64,000 bases of DNA from the NCBI RefSeq assembly GCF_018350175.1, contig NC_058368.1, positions 185,444,001 to 185,508,000 of the forward strand, written 5' to 3'. The notes beneath the pieces were generated by a model. It searched no databases, had not been told where the DNA came from, and worked only from the letters and a program-made list of their open reading frames with translations. The position numbers and the translations under genes were made by a program. Source of the stretch: Felis catus. Lineage: Eukaryota. The first letter of the stretch is position 1; each line of letters begins with the position of its first letter. Of the stretch, positions 25,355 to 38,441 are shown piece by piece.

Positions 25355-26136
25355 CAATAAAACCTTGGATTCAGAGTAACTTGTTCTTTGAGTGTCCCAC
25401 AAGATGACCAAACATTTCTAATAAATTTTAACTTGATAAATGTCTTGCAATATGAGTAGTAGTTGACACTGAATGTCACATGATCATGAATGAGCCAGTG
25501 GTTCTTCTCTTTCTAGCTCACTGCAGGATTCTGGGTGATCATCTCCCATGCTCAGATGTTCAGTCTGAAGCTATGGTGTTTGGGCGAAATAAGTGATTTT
25601 TCAGAATGTTGGAAGGTGCCCACAACTGGCACTACTGTATTTTTGTCACTTCAAAGCAGCTGTGGACAGTCCTCTGCTTTTCTATACAAGAGTAAGTTTA
25701 GGAATGCTTTGTTTCATTCTAGGTCAGGCTGCCTGCAGATATAGACCCCTTCCTCTGCTGCCTTATTGTCAGTTACATTAAATACAGTGTATGACAAGAG
25801 TTCATTAATACAGTACTGTAGTAAACATCCATTCGTGATAATGAAAATCATCCTACACAATAACCCTCCTCTCTCTTGTCTTCCTCATACCAACCATGAA
25901 GGTTTCAAAGGTAAGTGAAGGTTAATTTGCTTATTTTTCTCTATATATTGTATTTTCTTTATTATTTTGTATTATTCTACAGTATTGTAATCGTTTTTAT
26001 ATGAATATTTTTGGGTGTGGAATGAATCATCTGAGTTTCCATTATTTCCTATGGGGAAATTCTCTTTGATATATAAGTGTTTTGATTACAAGCATGTTTC
26101 CAGAACAAATTACACTCACAACCCAAGGGTTTAGTA
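25355..26136. mobile_element. MER82-like TcMar-Tigger non-autonomous DNA transposon, full length
   Basis: TA|caataaaaccttgg ... ccaagggtttagta|TA terminal inverted repeats with TA target duplication; internal blocks match the recalled MER82 consensus. Confidence 0.78.
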
Positions 26137-26559
26137 TACTTAGTAGTAAACCTCTTCTACCCTTTGGAGCAGTGACCCAATTGGGATCATTGTGGGTTGC
26201 TGTTTATGTGGTGTGCTGAGCTCCAAGGGGTGCCATTCACTGTACAATCTTGTGAATTTTGAAGTTGTGCAGTCCATATGGAGAAAGTATAATGGAAAGA
26301 ACATGGTTCTGAAAGCTAGATGAATGCAGTTCCTTACCTGACTTTGCTAGTGTTGAGCCATTATCTTGATGGAAATTTTAAATTTATTAAAATTATTTAT
26401 TATATTTTATTCTTTAAAATTTTAAAAAATACAAGCATTCTCTGACTATTGGGGTAATCATTTTAGGTCAGTAATGACTGTTCTACTTGTGCCTATCTTC
26501 CCATTTTGTTGAAGATCATATCGGCAAGAAGCAGACACCTAAAATGACAGCAACTAGCA

Positions 26560-27310
26560 TTTAAAAATAATAGCTTTGAGGTATAATCCACATAATACAC
26601 AATTCACCCATTTAAAGTTTATAGTTCAACAGTGGTGCATCATCTCAATTTTAGAAAATTTTCAATTCCCAAATTCCTTCAATGTTTTCTACCCCCATAT
26701 TCCAACCCTGGGAAACTGGTACTCTATTTTTTGTCTCTATAGATTTGTTTATTCTGAATGTTTCATATAAATGGTATCATAGGCAGTCTCTAGTGACTGA
26801 CTTCTTTCATTTATCATATTTTCAAAATTTGTCTATATTGTAGCATCTGTCAGTAATTCATTACTTTATTTTGCTTAATAATATTCTATGTGGTATGGAT
26901 ATACCACATTTTGCTTGTCAGTTCATCAGCTGATGGGTATTTGGGTTGTTCTCGCTTTTAGGCTATTATAAATAATGCTGCTATAAACATTTTCTGCATA
27001 TAAGTTTTTGTGTGAACATATGTTTTTATTTGTTTTGGATATATACGTAGGAGTAGAATTGCTGGGTCAAATGGTAACTCTATGTTTAACATTTTGAGTC
27101 ACTATTAGGATATTTTCAAAGTAGTGGTACCATTTTACAACGCAGTTTTTTCATATGCTTAAGAACACTTGTTATTACCTTTTTGATTGTAGCTGTCCTA
27201 ATGGGTATAAAGTGGCACCTCATTGTGCTTTTGTTTTGCATTTCCCTGATGGCTAATGATGAGTTTATTGGGCCTTTGGATATCTTTTTGGAGAAATGTG
27301 TATTGTATTC
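26560..27310 (-). mobile_element. Old L1 (L1MB-like) 3' fragment
   Basis: agctttgaggtataatccacataatacacaattcacccatttaaag...ggagtagaattgctgggtcaaatggtaactctatgtttaac. Confidence 0.85.
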
Positions 27311-27324
27311 AGCAATAAACCTTT

Positions 27325-27535
27325 ATTTTAAAGTTTATTTATTTACTTTGAGAGAGAGAGGAAGAGCATGAGCGGGAGAGAGGCAGAGAGAGAGAGGAGA
27401 GAGAGAATCCCAAGCAGGCCCTGCACTGTTATCATAGAGCCCTACATGGGGGTTGATTCCACCAGTCCTGAGACCATGACCTGAGCCTAAATCAAGAGTC
27501 AGATACTTAACTGACTGAGCCACCCAGATGCCTCC
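27325..27535 (-). mobile_element. CAN-SINE
   Basis: Ends gagccacccagatgcctcc; TSD agcaataaaccttt/agcaatcaactttt. Confidence 0.93.
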
Positions 27536-27707
27536 AGCAATCAACTTTTAATTAAGTGTTTCTCAAGCAATAGTTTCTTAGTAGAAACCTGAGAGTCCTC
27601 AGATTCCTCATAAGTGAGAAACACTAGATTTTTTTCATCCCAGGTTTAACATTCTATCATCTTTTATGATGTGTATGATCTGAAGAGGGTGTGCAGCTCA
27701 TAATATC

Positions 27708-27836
27708 TCCCCTGAACAGACTGTAAGTGCCAAGAATACAAGTGAAGTCTGTTTTTGTTATCGTTGAGTTTTTAGGAACTAGTAGAAAGCTTGTAATGTG
27801 ATGAATACTGAAAAATTACTTGACTGATAAATGAAT
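27708..27836 (+). mobile_element. L2 3' end
   Basis: agactgtaagtgccaaga...tgataaatgaat. Confidence 0.55.
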
Positions 27837-28092
27837 AGACATCTCTGGTTCAAAAACACTGACTTCTGTTGCTTGCCTGGAGCAGATTATGTGATATTTT
27901 CTATTCACTCGGGGTGAGGTTTGTTCTCAAATATTAAAAGTAATAGTACAAACTTAATCATCTGCAACCCAACCAAAAGCTATTATTATTGACCCCCCCC
28001 CCAAAAAATGCTTGATTTAGTATAAATACCATACCTCTAAGGAAGAGAAGATGACTGAGATAATATAACTCAGGTTTTTCCAAGTAGGATAT

Positions 28093-28905
28093 TGTGATAT
28101 ATAATAAGATATATTTGGTCTTTGTCTTTCATTCTTGGCACAGAAATCCTAACAAAATAAATTTATATTTGGTTTTTGTCTCCAGTTCCTGAAATAGCTC
28201 TGTTTTGATAAAGGTAAAAGGAGTATGGGGAACCAACTGTGTGATTACAGGGCTGGAACTTTCAGCCCCATCCCCTGATTTTTGGGGAGGGGAAAGGAAC
28301 TGAAGGTTGTTAATCACCAATGACTAATGATTTGGTCAATCATGTCTACAGAATGAAAGTCCATAAAAACTCTAGCCAAAAGGGTTTGGAGAACTTCCAG
28401 GTTAGTGGACAAGAACACAAGCATATGGAAGGAGAGTGGCACACTCCAAACTCCATGGAGAAAGAAGCTCATGTGCTTGAGACCCTTCTGGATTTCACCC
28501 TGTATCTTTCTTCACCTGGCTGTTCATTTGTATCCCATAATATACCCTTTGTCATAAATCAGTAATAATAAGTAAACTGTTACCCTGGTTCTGTGAGCCA
28601 TTCTAGCAGATTGTCAAACCTGAGAGGGGGGTCATAGGAACCCCGATTTATAGCCGGTCAGTCAGGAGTGTAGGTGATAACCTGGCACTAAGATTGGTGT
28701 CTGAAATTGGGGACAGTTTTGTGGGACTGAGTCCTTACTGTGGTGACTGTACTAATTTCATTCAGTTAGTGTCAAAATGAAATGGAATTGTAGGGCACCC
28801 AAGTGGAGTCAGGTAATTGGTCCATGTGGGAGAAACCTCACACATTTGGTATCCTAAGTGAAGTATGAGAATAAAGTAAAGAAAAACAGGCTTTTCCTGT
28901 TACCA
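28093..28905 (+). mobile_element. MER21-family (ERVL) solo LTR
   Basis: tgtgatatataataag start; gtgattacagggctggaactttcagcccc; atcaccaatgactaatgattt; tagccggtcagtcag; gtgggactgag. Confidence 0.8.
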
Positions 28906-29045
28906 AGCATTGCTTTATTCCTGTCACTAGTCCATATTCACCAAGGTCAGGCAGAAAGCCTCCCGGTTAGTGCCAACTAATAATAACTAGAGGTGCATGC
29001 TCTGCTGGTGAGATAATAATTAATTCTATTATTTCTTGACCCTGG

Positions 29046-29159
29046 TGATTCTAATCAGTCTTGTAGATACTGCAGAACTGGGTAATAAACACCAAAATGC
29101 TGATTCTAATCAGTCTTGTAGATACTGCAGAACTGGGTAATAAACACCAAAATGCTGAT
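29046..29159. repeat. Perfect 55-bp direct tandem duplication
   Basis: 29046-29100 identical to 29101-29155, followed by TGAT (29156-29159). Confidence 0.97.
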
Positions 29160-29228
29160 GCTAGCTGATCAGTCTGAGTCAATGAAATGTCCCTGCAATC
29201 ATTAGCAAGCAATGATGAGGGAGGCAGG

Positions 29229-29613
29229 TGTTATGGGCTGAATTATGTCCCTCTCTAAATTTGTGTGTTGCAATTCTAACCTGTGGTACCTCAGAATGTG
29301 ACTGTATTTGGAAATCGTGTCTTTAAGAAAGGTCATTACATTAAAAAGAGATCAGTAAGGTGAGTGCTAATTCAATATAATTGGTTCCCTTATAAGAAGA
29401 GATTAGGACATAGACACAGAGGCAAGACCAGGAGAAGACACAGGAAGAAGATGGCCATCTATAAGTGAAGAAGGGAGACCTCAGAGGAAACTAACCCCAT
29501 AAACACCTTGATCTTAGAATTTTAGCCTCCAGAATTGTGAGAAAATGCATGTCTACTGTTTAAGTCACCCAGTTGGTGATACTTTGGTATGACTGCCCTG
29601 ACAAGTTAACACA
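29229..29613 (+). mobile_element. MLT1B-like MaLR solo LTR
   Basis: tgttatgggctgaattatgtccc...cctcagaatgtgactgtatttggaaat...taacaca; TSD gcagg/tcagg. Confidence 0.88.
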
Positions 29614-30199
29614 TCAGGTATAGGTGAATGGGGGTAGAAAGGAAAATCTGGGATTGACTATTGCCATGGGAGCATTGGTGGCTTTCTGCTAAGAGGATCA
29701 GAGAAATAACAGGCTTTGAAATAATCTACCACAGGACAGAAAGATCTAGAGAAAAGGCATTCCTATTCTTTATCTCTGATTAAACACTTCCTCAGTATCT
29801 CTTTGGGCTAAGAGATGGGACCATTTTCCTAGTTACAAAGGACATATTCTAAATCAAAGAGCATGGTAGCCATTTAAAATGACAAATGGCAACTTTTCTA
29901 TGTTTAGCATTTGAACATAAATGGTGGACTGCTACAGAGTAGATAGAGAGGACTTTTCTCTCTCTCTCTTTTTTTCTTCCTCTCTGATTTCCTCTCTTCC
30001 TCCTTCCCATTCAAGATCCTTAATAGAAGAATCTTACTCTTCTAAATATAAAGGATGAAAAGTGGGGTTCATTTATTTCTGATTCTTCTTCCCAAAGGAA
30101 CTGATGATGACCCTTTACCAATCTATAGGGATGATCAATCAATTTTTTATCCCTCCTTTTCAGTATCTTTTCCATTTAAAGTTTTAAATGCTTTTAAAT

Positions 30200-31200
30200 G
30201 GTCACATTTGGTATAACAATAGATATAATAGATTTTCTTTCTCTGGTTTATGTATATCTAGTGTTTATTTTATATTATTGTTTACTTTTTTCCATTTCAT
30301 TTTTTTCTGGTTAGATCAAGTTGCTAATCATTTCTTTTTTGTTGTTTTTTTAGAAAAATTGTATTTACCTCTCTCTCTTGCAAATTTGGAGTTTTATTAT
30401 TTACTTCATTGCTCTACTGTCTAACTTTGTTAATAGAATACATTTTGCTATTATACGAAAGTAATTTATAAATAGTTCCTCCTCATAATAAACTTTTTTC
30501 TATTGTGTCTCTATTTTCTAGGAAAAAGAGATACTGAGAATAGTCTACCTATGCATCCTACCTTATTTTAATATTTTGTTATTTTTTTCAGAAATATCTT
30601 AGTATTTTTAGTTCCAGATCATTATTATGTTTTCGCCAGCAGTATGTCTTTTCTATGCTAAGAATCCTAGCTTGGCTCTTAAATTGCATACTCTCAGCCA
30701 CTATATCATTACCCCTTAAACTATGTATATTGTAAAGTTAATTGTCCTACTTTCAATTTCTCCTCTGATGTGGAGATCTCTGTCCTAAAGTTTGTATTTC
30801 TGGTTATAGATTTTTCTTGAGAGTTTTTATCAGAAAATTTTTTTTCAATTTGCTTATAATCTGTTTTTCTATAAGTTCTTCTTTGTTTTTGTTTTTTTTT
30901 TCTTCATGGACTGCCTGTTATTTTTACCTAGTATTCTGAATCCATCCTTCAAATTTCTAATGTTTTCTTAGTATTTTTCCATCTCCTTTATTATTATTTT
31001 TGTATTATAGCTCCTCTTAATCTTTCAGGCCACTAATTTGGATTGCAATAATGAAATTTATTTTAATTTTTTAATTGTATAGTTGTGTATCACTTTTTTC
31101 CACAAGAAATTTTTTTTTTGGTGCTAATTTTGAGTGTCATTAATTGCTTTCATTACTTTTTTTTGCATTGCTCAAGTTTCTTTCTTCCCAGTAGCTCTGT
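30200..31200 (-). mobile_element. Very old L1/HAL1-like fragment
   Basis: Extended T-rich strand with blocks such as tttttccatctcctt and ctttcaggccactaattt. Confidence 0.4.
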
Positions 31201-32559
31201 TTCACTAAGTGTCCCTCATTCTATGCCTTCTGCTTGTTTTTTCCTCCACATGGCTCTTTTTTTCTTTGTTTGCTTCCTGGTACTTAGGTTGAACTTCTAG
31301 AATCCATTAAGTACATTAAGTATGTAAGCCATCTATATCAGGATAGTCTTGGTTGAGCAGTGAGCCAGGCAGCAACTTGTAAGACTCTTTCTAGAGTCTA
31401 GATTCCTGAGAGAGGTTTCTATGCTTACCAACTTCATTATTACTAAGGCTGGTGTTCCTCATCTGGTGCAATAAAAGAGATTTCCATGACACTCTTTAAT
31501 TCTTTTTCAGGACCTCTGGTTCAAAGAGTCAAACCAAACTGCTAAAGCACATTACTTGGTAGGGGCAGAGCATCAGACTTCTTTAAAATTCACCAAATTT
31601 AATAGTATCCCCATTCCAGAAATCTCTCCAGACCATTATCCAGCTCTCATTTCTGTTTGATCTCTTCTTGAGAACTCAACACAGCCAGAGGATTTGACTC
31701 TATCTTTGAGGGACCAGCTTAGTTTGGGAAATGATCTGTTAGATTACACTTTGTGGGTAAGTGCCCCAGAGGCAATTCCAATTTGTCCTCTTATAAGATT
31801 CTCCTGTTCATAAGTTCCTCAGAAATTATTATCCATATAGGGACCCAGATGTATTTTCCATTCATATGCTTACTCTTTGTTTCTGAGAACCAGTGAGCTA
31901 TATTCTTCATTAGGTATCTTTCTTTTGCAGTCAGTTTGCTGCTTTTGAGTAGTGTTGAAGTCTAAGATAAAGGTTTTCTTTTTCTCATTTATTTGAAATA
32001 GCAACAGGATTAAGCTTTTTATAGTAAAACCTTTACTCAACTGAAGAGAAAACTAATGTGAGAATAGTCAGGCACCTATAGGTCAGTATGTTCATATGAT
32101 TATCACATTTGTTGTTTCCACTTGGCTACTGAATATCTGATTTTGATTAATTTCCTACATCAGAGTTGAATGTTTATAGTCAAAACCAGCTATTACAAAT
32201 CAGTAGGTGCTGGAAGGAATTTATCTTCTTAAGAAGCATGAATTTATTTATTACCTGTATATAGAATTGCATTGTACTGAGAAATCATGTTGGGGAAGAG
32301 ATGGGCAAAGAGGACAGTGGAAGTAGTAAGAGTTTGGACCCTATCCTGGAGGACCTCACGTATCTAATCAGAATATATCATATGTATATAATAAGGGTTA
32401 TATGAAAAAACCTATACATCAGTGGATGGTTACAAAAAAATGCACTTAAAATATGTGCTGAAAAGCCATTTATTCAATCTATGTAGTGTAGTGGAAAGAT
32501 CAGAAAACTGGGTTTAAATCCCAGTTTGCCTACTTATTAGCTGGGTGCCTTTGAGTCTT

Positions 32560-32788
32560 TTTTTTTTTTAATTTTTTTTAATCAATGTTTTTTATTTATT
32601 TTTGGGACAGAGAGAGACAGAGCATGAACGGGGGAGGGGCAGAGAGAGAGGGAGACACAGAATCGGAAACAGGCTCCAGGCTCCGAGCCATCAGCCCAGA
32701 GCCTGACGCGGGGCTCGAACTCACGGACCGCGAGATCGTGACCTGGCTGAAGTCGGACACTTAACCGACTGCGCTACCCAGGCGCCCC
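32560..32788 (-). mobile_element. Young felid-type CAN-SINE (SINEC_Fc-like) inserted in a MIR fragment
   Basis: Most CpGs retained (gaactcacggaccgcgagatcgtgacc); TSD GAGTCTT at 32553-32559 and 32790-32796. Confidence 0.97.
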
Positions 32789-32944
32789 AGAGTCTTAAAA
32801 ATAGTAATGCAGTGGGGGAGAAACAGGATAGTCCTATTTGAGAAATTTAGTATTAACATGTTATATACCAGTATATAACTCCTCTCTTCCTATTTATAAT
32901 CACAGGAAAGGCATATTTGTGACAATGTCATTTAAGTAACAAAA

Positions 32945-33090
32945 ATAACTAACATATATTGAACACTAACCATGTGCCAAGCATTGTGCCAAGTGCTTTT
33001 CAGGTATCATCTCATTTTACCCTCAGTCTTATGTATTATGTACTATTTGTATTCCTATTTTACATATGGGAAAAATGAAGATTAGGCAAG
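32945..33090 (-). mobile_element. MIR fragment
   Basis: taacatatattgaacactaaccatgtgccaagcattgtgccaagtgcttt...attcctattttacatatgggaaaaatgaag. Confidence 0.65.
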
Positions 33091-33477
33091 TGAGTGTGTA
33101 TGTATATCTGTGTGCCTAGATGTGGACATGGAATGTACAGATGCATGTGTGTATAAGTGCATGTGTATATGGTTGTATGTAAAACTGTCTTGCAAAGCTT
33201 GCCATAAACACCTTTCTTTCCTTTTTTTCTTAATAGTTAATTATTGTGAAAATTGGTAGTGGAAGAAATCTAGACACTTACTCTTATTGGATCTGGTTAT
33301 GAAAAAATGTCCTTTGTTCCCTTGCTTAAGGATTACCAAAAATAAGCTCTATGATAGCAAAATGGTAACATAATTGAATTGCCATGTACATTCATGAAGT
33401 TAATTTAGAAAAATATTTTCTAACTTTTCTAAAGTAGCAAAACACTTTTTTTTAAAATGGCATCTTATGTATAAATC

Positions 33478-33940
33478 TATGGTGGGTTTGTTCTTCTAAA
33501 AGATGGAGTCTAATTCTCTTGCTTTGAGGGTAGGCTAGACTTATTGACTCTTTTATAGAAAATAGACTACTGCAACAGTGATAGTGAGTGACCAGGTCAA
33601 AAATGGCTTTGTGGCTTACTCTTTTCTCTCTCTCTTAATCACCCACTCTGGGAGACACGGACTGCCATGTCATGAAGATCCTCAAATAGCATTGTAGAGA
33701 GTTCCATAGGGTGAGGAACTGAGGCATCCAGCTAATAGCCATGTGAATGAGTCATCGTGGAAGCAGATGACTGCAACATTGGCTCACAACTGAATTGCAA
33801 CCTCATGAATGACCCTGAACCATAACCACACAGCTAAGCTGCTCCCACATTATTGAGTCTCAAACTTTGGTTAGAAATAAGTATTTATTTCTAAGTAATT
33901 AAGTTCAGAGATAATTTCATACAGAGCAATGATTAATAAA
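33478..33940 (+). mobile_element. MLT1F-like MaLR solo LTR
   Basis: ctgccatgtcatgaag, gtgaggaactgaggc, gcaacctcatga, cagctaagctgctccca. Confidence 0.75.
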
Positions 33941-34184
33941 AGTACCGGTACATAAAATACTTTTAAATGGGATTGCTGCTTTTGAAGATTGTTAGCCAGG
34001 AAACAGGAGAAACTTGACTTCCTAGGCTCTCCTTCATCTCCAGCTGAGGTCTGTGAAGCACCTCAGCATGAACATAATGACATACAAATATTAGATTGTG
34101 ACCCATTGCTGTAGAAGCCACTTCTGTGTTCCTGAGATAATGATTCAATTTGATATTATTTGCTGAATTACATTTGCTTTTAAT

Positions 34185-34681
34185 TCAATTTAACACAATT
34201 TCTATCAAAATCCCAGCCAGATTTCTTGTATAGACAAACTTATTCTAAAATTTAATAGAAAGACAAAGGATGTAGAATAGCTAAAACAATTTTGAAAATG
34301 AAGGATAAAATGAGAGGAATCAATCTACCTGATTTGAAGACTTTTTATATATCTAAAGTAATCCAAACTATATGGTATTGTCAGAAATAGACACAGAGAC
34401 CAATGAAACAGAATAGAGGCAGAAATAGACTCACAAATATGCCCAGCTAATTATTGACAAAGGAGGAAGTTAATTCAAGGGAGAAAAGATTACTTTTGAG
34501 CAAATGGTGCTGGAGCAAATGAATAGCATAGGTAAAAAATGAGCCTCAGCTTGTCTCACACAGTATACAAACATTACGTTGACACTGATCATGAGCTTAT
34601 TTATTTTTTATAAATTCTTCTTATATTTTTATTTGAGAGAGAGAGAAGGAGAGAGAGAGAGAGAATGTGTTGGGTGGGGGG

Positions 34682-34732
<51 letters not shown>

Positions 34733-35993
34733 TCTTAAGCAGTCTCCATGCTCAGCGTATAGTCCAATGTAGGGCTTGATCCCATGACCCTGAGATCATG
34801 ACCTGAGCTGATATCAAGAGTTGGACACTTAACTGAGTGAGCCACTCAGGTGCCCTGATCATGGATTTAAATGTAAAATGTAAAAATATAAAACTTTTAG
34901 AAGTAAAACATAGGAGAAAATTTTCAGGACCCAAAGCTAGGCAGAGTTCTTAGAATTCACCTTGAAAGTATGACACATGAAATAAAAAACTGATAAACTG
35001 AACTTTATCAAAATCAAAACATTTTGCTCTGTGAAAGTTTTCTAAGAAGATGAAAAGACTATCAACAACTTTGGAGGAAATATTTGAAAACTGCATACAT
35101 GGCAGAGGACTGGAATCTGGAAGCATAAAGTTCAATCAAAGCTCAACAGAAAAAAACAAAATGAAACAATTTTATCCAATTACAAAATGGCAGAAGACAT
35201 GAGGAACATATGAAGATGGAAAATATGATAATGAAATGATAATGTCACTTTTAACTTACCAGTATGGCTAAAATAAAATACAGTACTGACATCAAATGCT
35301 GGCAAGAATGCCAAATAATGGATCACTCATACATCACTTTTGGAAACATTCAATGGTACAGACATTCTGGAAAACAATTTGGTAGTTTCTTGAATAACTA
35401 AACATATGCAACTACCATATGAATTAGCGGTTGCATTTCTGGGCGTTTACAACAGACAAATGAAAACACACAAAAAACCTGTATATGAATATTGATAGTG
35501 GTTTTATTCAAATGCCCTTCAATGAATACATGGTTAAACAATTGTGGTACATTCTTATCATGGAATACTACTTAGTAAAAAAGGAATAAACTGCTGATAT
35601 GTGCAAAAAAAACTGGATGAATCTCCAGATAATTATATTGAATAAAATAAGTCAGTTCCAAAATATTCCATACTGTATGATTCTCTTTATATAACAGTTT
35701 TGAAAAATTGTGGTCACAGAGAACAGATCAGCTGCTATCAGAAACTAAAGAGGGTCTAGGGCTGTGAATGAAGTATGTTTTAAAAGGCAACATGAGGGAT
35801 TTTGTGGTAGTGGAAATGTTCTGCAACTTGACAGCATCAATGTCAATACCCTAGTTGGGATATTGTACTGTAGTTTTATAAAGGTATTACCATTGGGTGA
35901 AAGTGGATAAAGGGTCACAGGATATTCCTGTATTATTTCCTGTAACTGTATGTGATTCTAAAATGATCTCAAAATGAAAGATTTAATTAAAAA
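34185..35993 (+). mobile_element. Old L1 (L1MC/L1MD-like) 3' fragment interrupted by a SINE
   Basis: ORF2-end blocks (atcaaaatcccagc, agaatagctaaaacaattttgaaaa) and 3' end aactgtatgtgattcta...atctcaaaatgaaagatttaattaaaaa. Confidence 0.85.
34600..34855 (-). mobile_element. CAN-SINE nested in old L1
   Basis: Ends gagccactcaggtgccc; TSD tgatcatgagctta/tgatcatggattta. Confidence 0.93.
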
Positions 35994-36712
35994 TCAAAAC
36001 ACCTTATAGTTTCATATTTGTCTGTGGACTGATACATTTACATAAGTCATAGTATAGCCATCTACCTTCCTTAGTGATTAAGTAGGAATTGATGTGGTAC
36101 CTATAGAATGATAAAGTTTGAAGTTCAGATACTTATTCATAAATCAGGCAGAAAACTGAACTCTACTCCACAACTGTAAGCCTATGTGCCACTTCTCCAG
36201 TCATGGAGTTTAGAGCTCCATATAGTACTTAGGAGAGATTCTAGCTAGCATCTATATAGCTGAAAGTAACGCCACAAATTTGACACTCAGAGTAGTCCTG
36301 AGAACATATTATACCAAATATACATGGCTACTATTGACTTGATTATGAATTCTAGAGAAATATAGAAAAATTAATATACATTATTTTGCCCTGAGTAAAT
36401 GGGATCTGGATTGCCAAAGGTTGCCTTTATCCTTTTATTTTATAGCAGATTATTTGCTTTTTGTGCTTCCACAGAAGTTGAGGCCAGCAAGATAATTTAT
36501 GCTAAGTTTTGCTATTTACTGCTAAAGTCAAATGGAGTCTCCCTGTCTTTATAATTCTGCTAAATCATTATTCAGACTTGCAAAATGATTTCTGTGTAAT
36601 TTATTTTATGAATAGACTTTTTCAATGATTTTAGGGCTCTCTTGAGTCGATATTCACCAATACAGTCTACTATATTTTATGCTTAGGTTCTCAGAAGAGT
36701 TGTCACTTCTAT

Positions 36713-36716
<4 letters not shown>

Positions 36717-36749
<33 letters not shown>

Positions 36750-36957
36750 TTTTTCAACGTTTATTTATTTTTGGGACACAGAGAGCCAGAGCATGAACAG
36801 GGGAGGGGCAGAGAGAGAGGGAGACACAGAATCGGAAACAGGCTCCAGGCTCCGAGCCATCAGCCCAGAGCCCGACGCGGGGCTCGAACTCACGGACCGC
36901 GAGATCGTGACCTGGCTGAAGTCGGACGCTTAACCGACTGCGCCACCCAGGCGCCCC
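36717..36957 (-). mobile_element. Very young felid-type CAN-SINE (SINEC_Fc-like)
   Basis: Perfect 15-bp TSD GTCACTTCTATTCTT (36702-36716, 36958-36972), uninterrupted ~25-nt T run, CpGs intact. Confidence 0.98.
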
Positions 36958-37070
36958 GTCACTTCTATTCTTAAATTTGCATGTCCAGTGGCAGAGCTAA
37001 CAATTCAGTGTCACCTGGGACATCAATAATGATTTGCTGGCTCCTGTTGATTCAGCGTCCATGAAAATTA

Positions 37071-37136
37071 ATTTTTTTTCATTTTTTAGTTTATTTTTGA
37101 GACAGAGAGAGAGAGAGAGAGAGAGCAGGAGGGAGG

Positions 37137-37181
<45 letters not shown>

Positions 37182-37304
37182 TGAATGAATGAAAATCTCA
37201 AGCAGGCTCCACATTGAGTGGAGCACAATCCCACTACCCTGGGATCATGACTTGAGCTAAAATCAAGAGTCAGATGTTCAACTGACTGAGCCACCCAGAT
37301 GCCC
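37071..37304 (-). mobile_element. CAN-SINE
   Basis: Ends gagccacccagatgccc; TSD tgaaaatta/tggaaatta. Confidence 0.92.
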
Positions 37305-38427
37305 TGGAAATTAGATACTTTTAAAAATAGCTTCCCAAACTAGGTTGTGGGTATGCCAATGCCTTGGTTTTCCTGCCTTATATCTAAATTTTGCCAGGGT
37401 TGAAATCTTTCCTGCAATTAAATCTCAGATCCTGTGCGCTGTTAAGAGCCATCTTGGGCACTAACCATTTGGGACTCCACTACCAAATGACTTCTCTCTT
37501 TGCCACACTTGGCTGGTATTATGTGCTCTGGAGTGCACTTGTTAAGCACATGCCATACCCACCCTAGGATTTTCTCAGTCTTCTGGGTCTTGACCATTCT
37601 CTCAGTAGTAGCACCCTAGTCTTGACAGAAACCAGGTTCTAACTACCCAAGGCTATGCAAGGCTATGCCATCTTTAGGTGCTGAAATGGGCTGTGCAAAT
37701 AAGATATTGCATATATTGAGATCAATGAATTTTTTGAAAGGAGGATTAAATTATAAAAATTATAAAGTGTTACATTTATTTAGAATAAATAAGAGCTCAA
37801 TCATTATTTGCTGACTGGAATATTTTTCTATATTTTAATATTAACCCCGGACTCCATTATATGTATGTCAAATTGTAAAAACCAAGTATTGCAAATAAAT
37901 GCAGAGCGATAGCATAAAGGAAGAACAGGGGAAAATCTGGCATGTAACCAAACAGCTATAACTTTTAATGAATTGTCTTTTTAACAAGCTTCCCTGCCAG
38001 TTACTGTCACAGAATCATATTAACATAAAGCAATCTATGTTTCTGATTTATTTATTTATTGTTTTAAGGCCATACATCTTTTGTCTTTTTCCTTTGGCTT
38101 AACTCTCTGACTTCTATCATGATTTATACATTGCTAAAATCAATAAAATATTTAAACAATTGGGCTTATGGTCTGAGTGTTTCTACAATAATGATTTTTA
38201 TCTTCAAAGTAAAGACAAATGAAAGTCTGAAGATAATGAAATACAAAAAGAAGTTTATTTCTATGGAGACTTATACAATCATTTTATTTGAAATTGGCAG
38301 TTTGAAAAACATAATTTTATAGTGTTTTCAGCACAAAAGTGTTTTAAGTTAGATTCTTTTCTTTTAATCATATTCTGTCTGATCTAGAGGTGTCAGCTAA
38401 ACACAAAAATCCCCATAGGATCTTGTT

Positions 38428-38441
38428 GTCACCATAGCAAC
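38428..38441. promoter_or_regulatory. Candidate RFX X-box
   Basis: GTCACCATAGCAAC fits GTNRCC-N2-RGYAAC, in a repeat-free stretch. Confidence 0.4.

Noticed and set aside
29046..29159. CRISPR-like or minisatellite array
   Set aside because: Only two adjacent copies with no spacers, in eukaryotic DNA; it is a simple tandem duplication
31511..31558. Possible 48-nt exon (tctttttcag|GACC...CTTG|gtaggg)
   Set aside because: Weak donor, short tract and no recognisable peptide; indistinguishable from background
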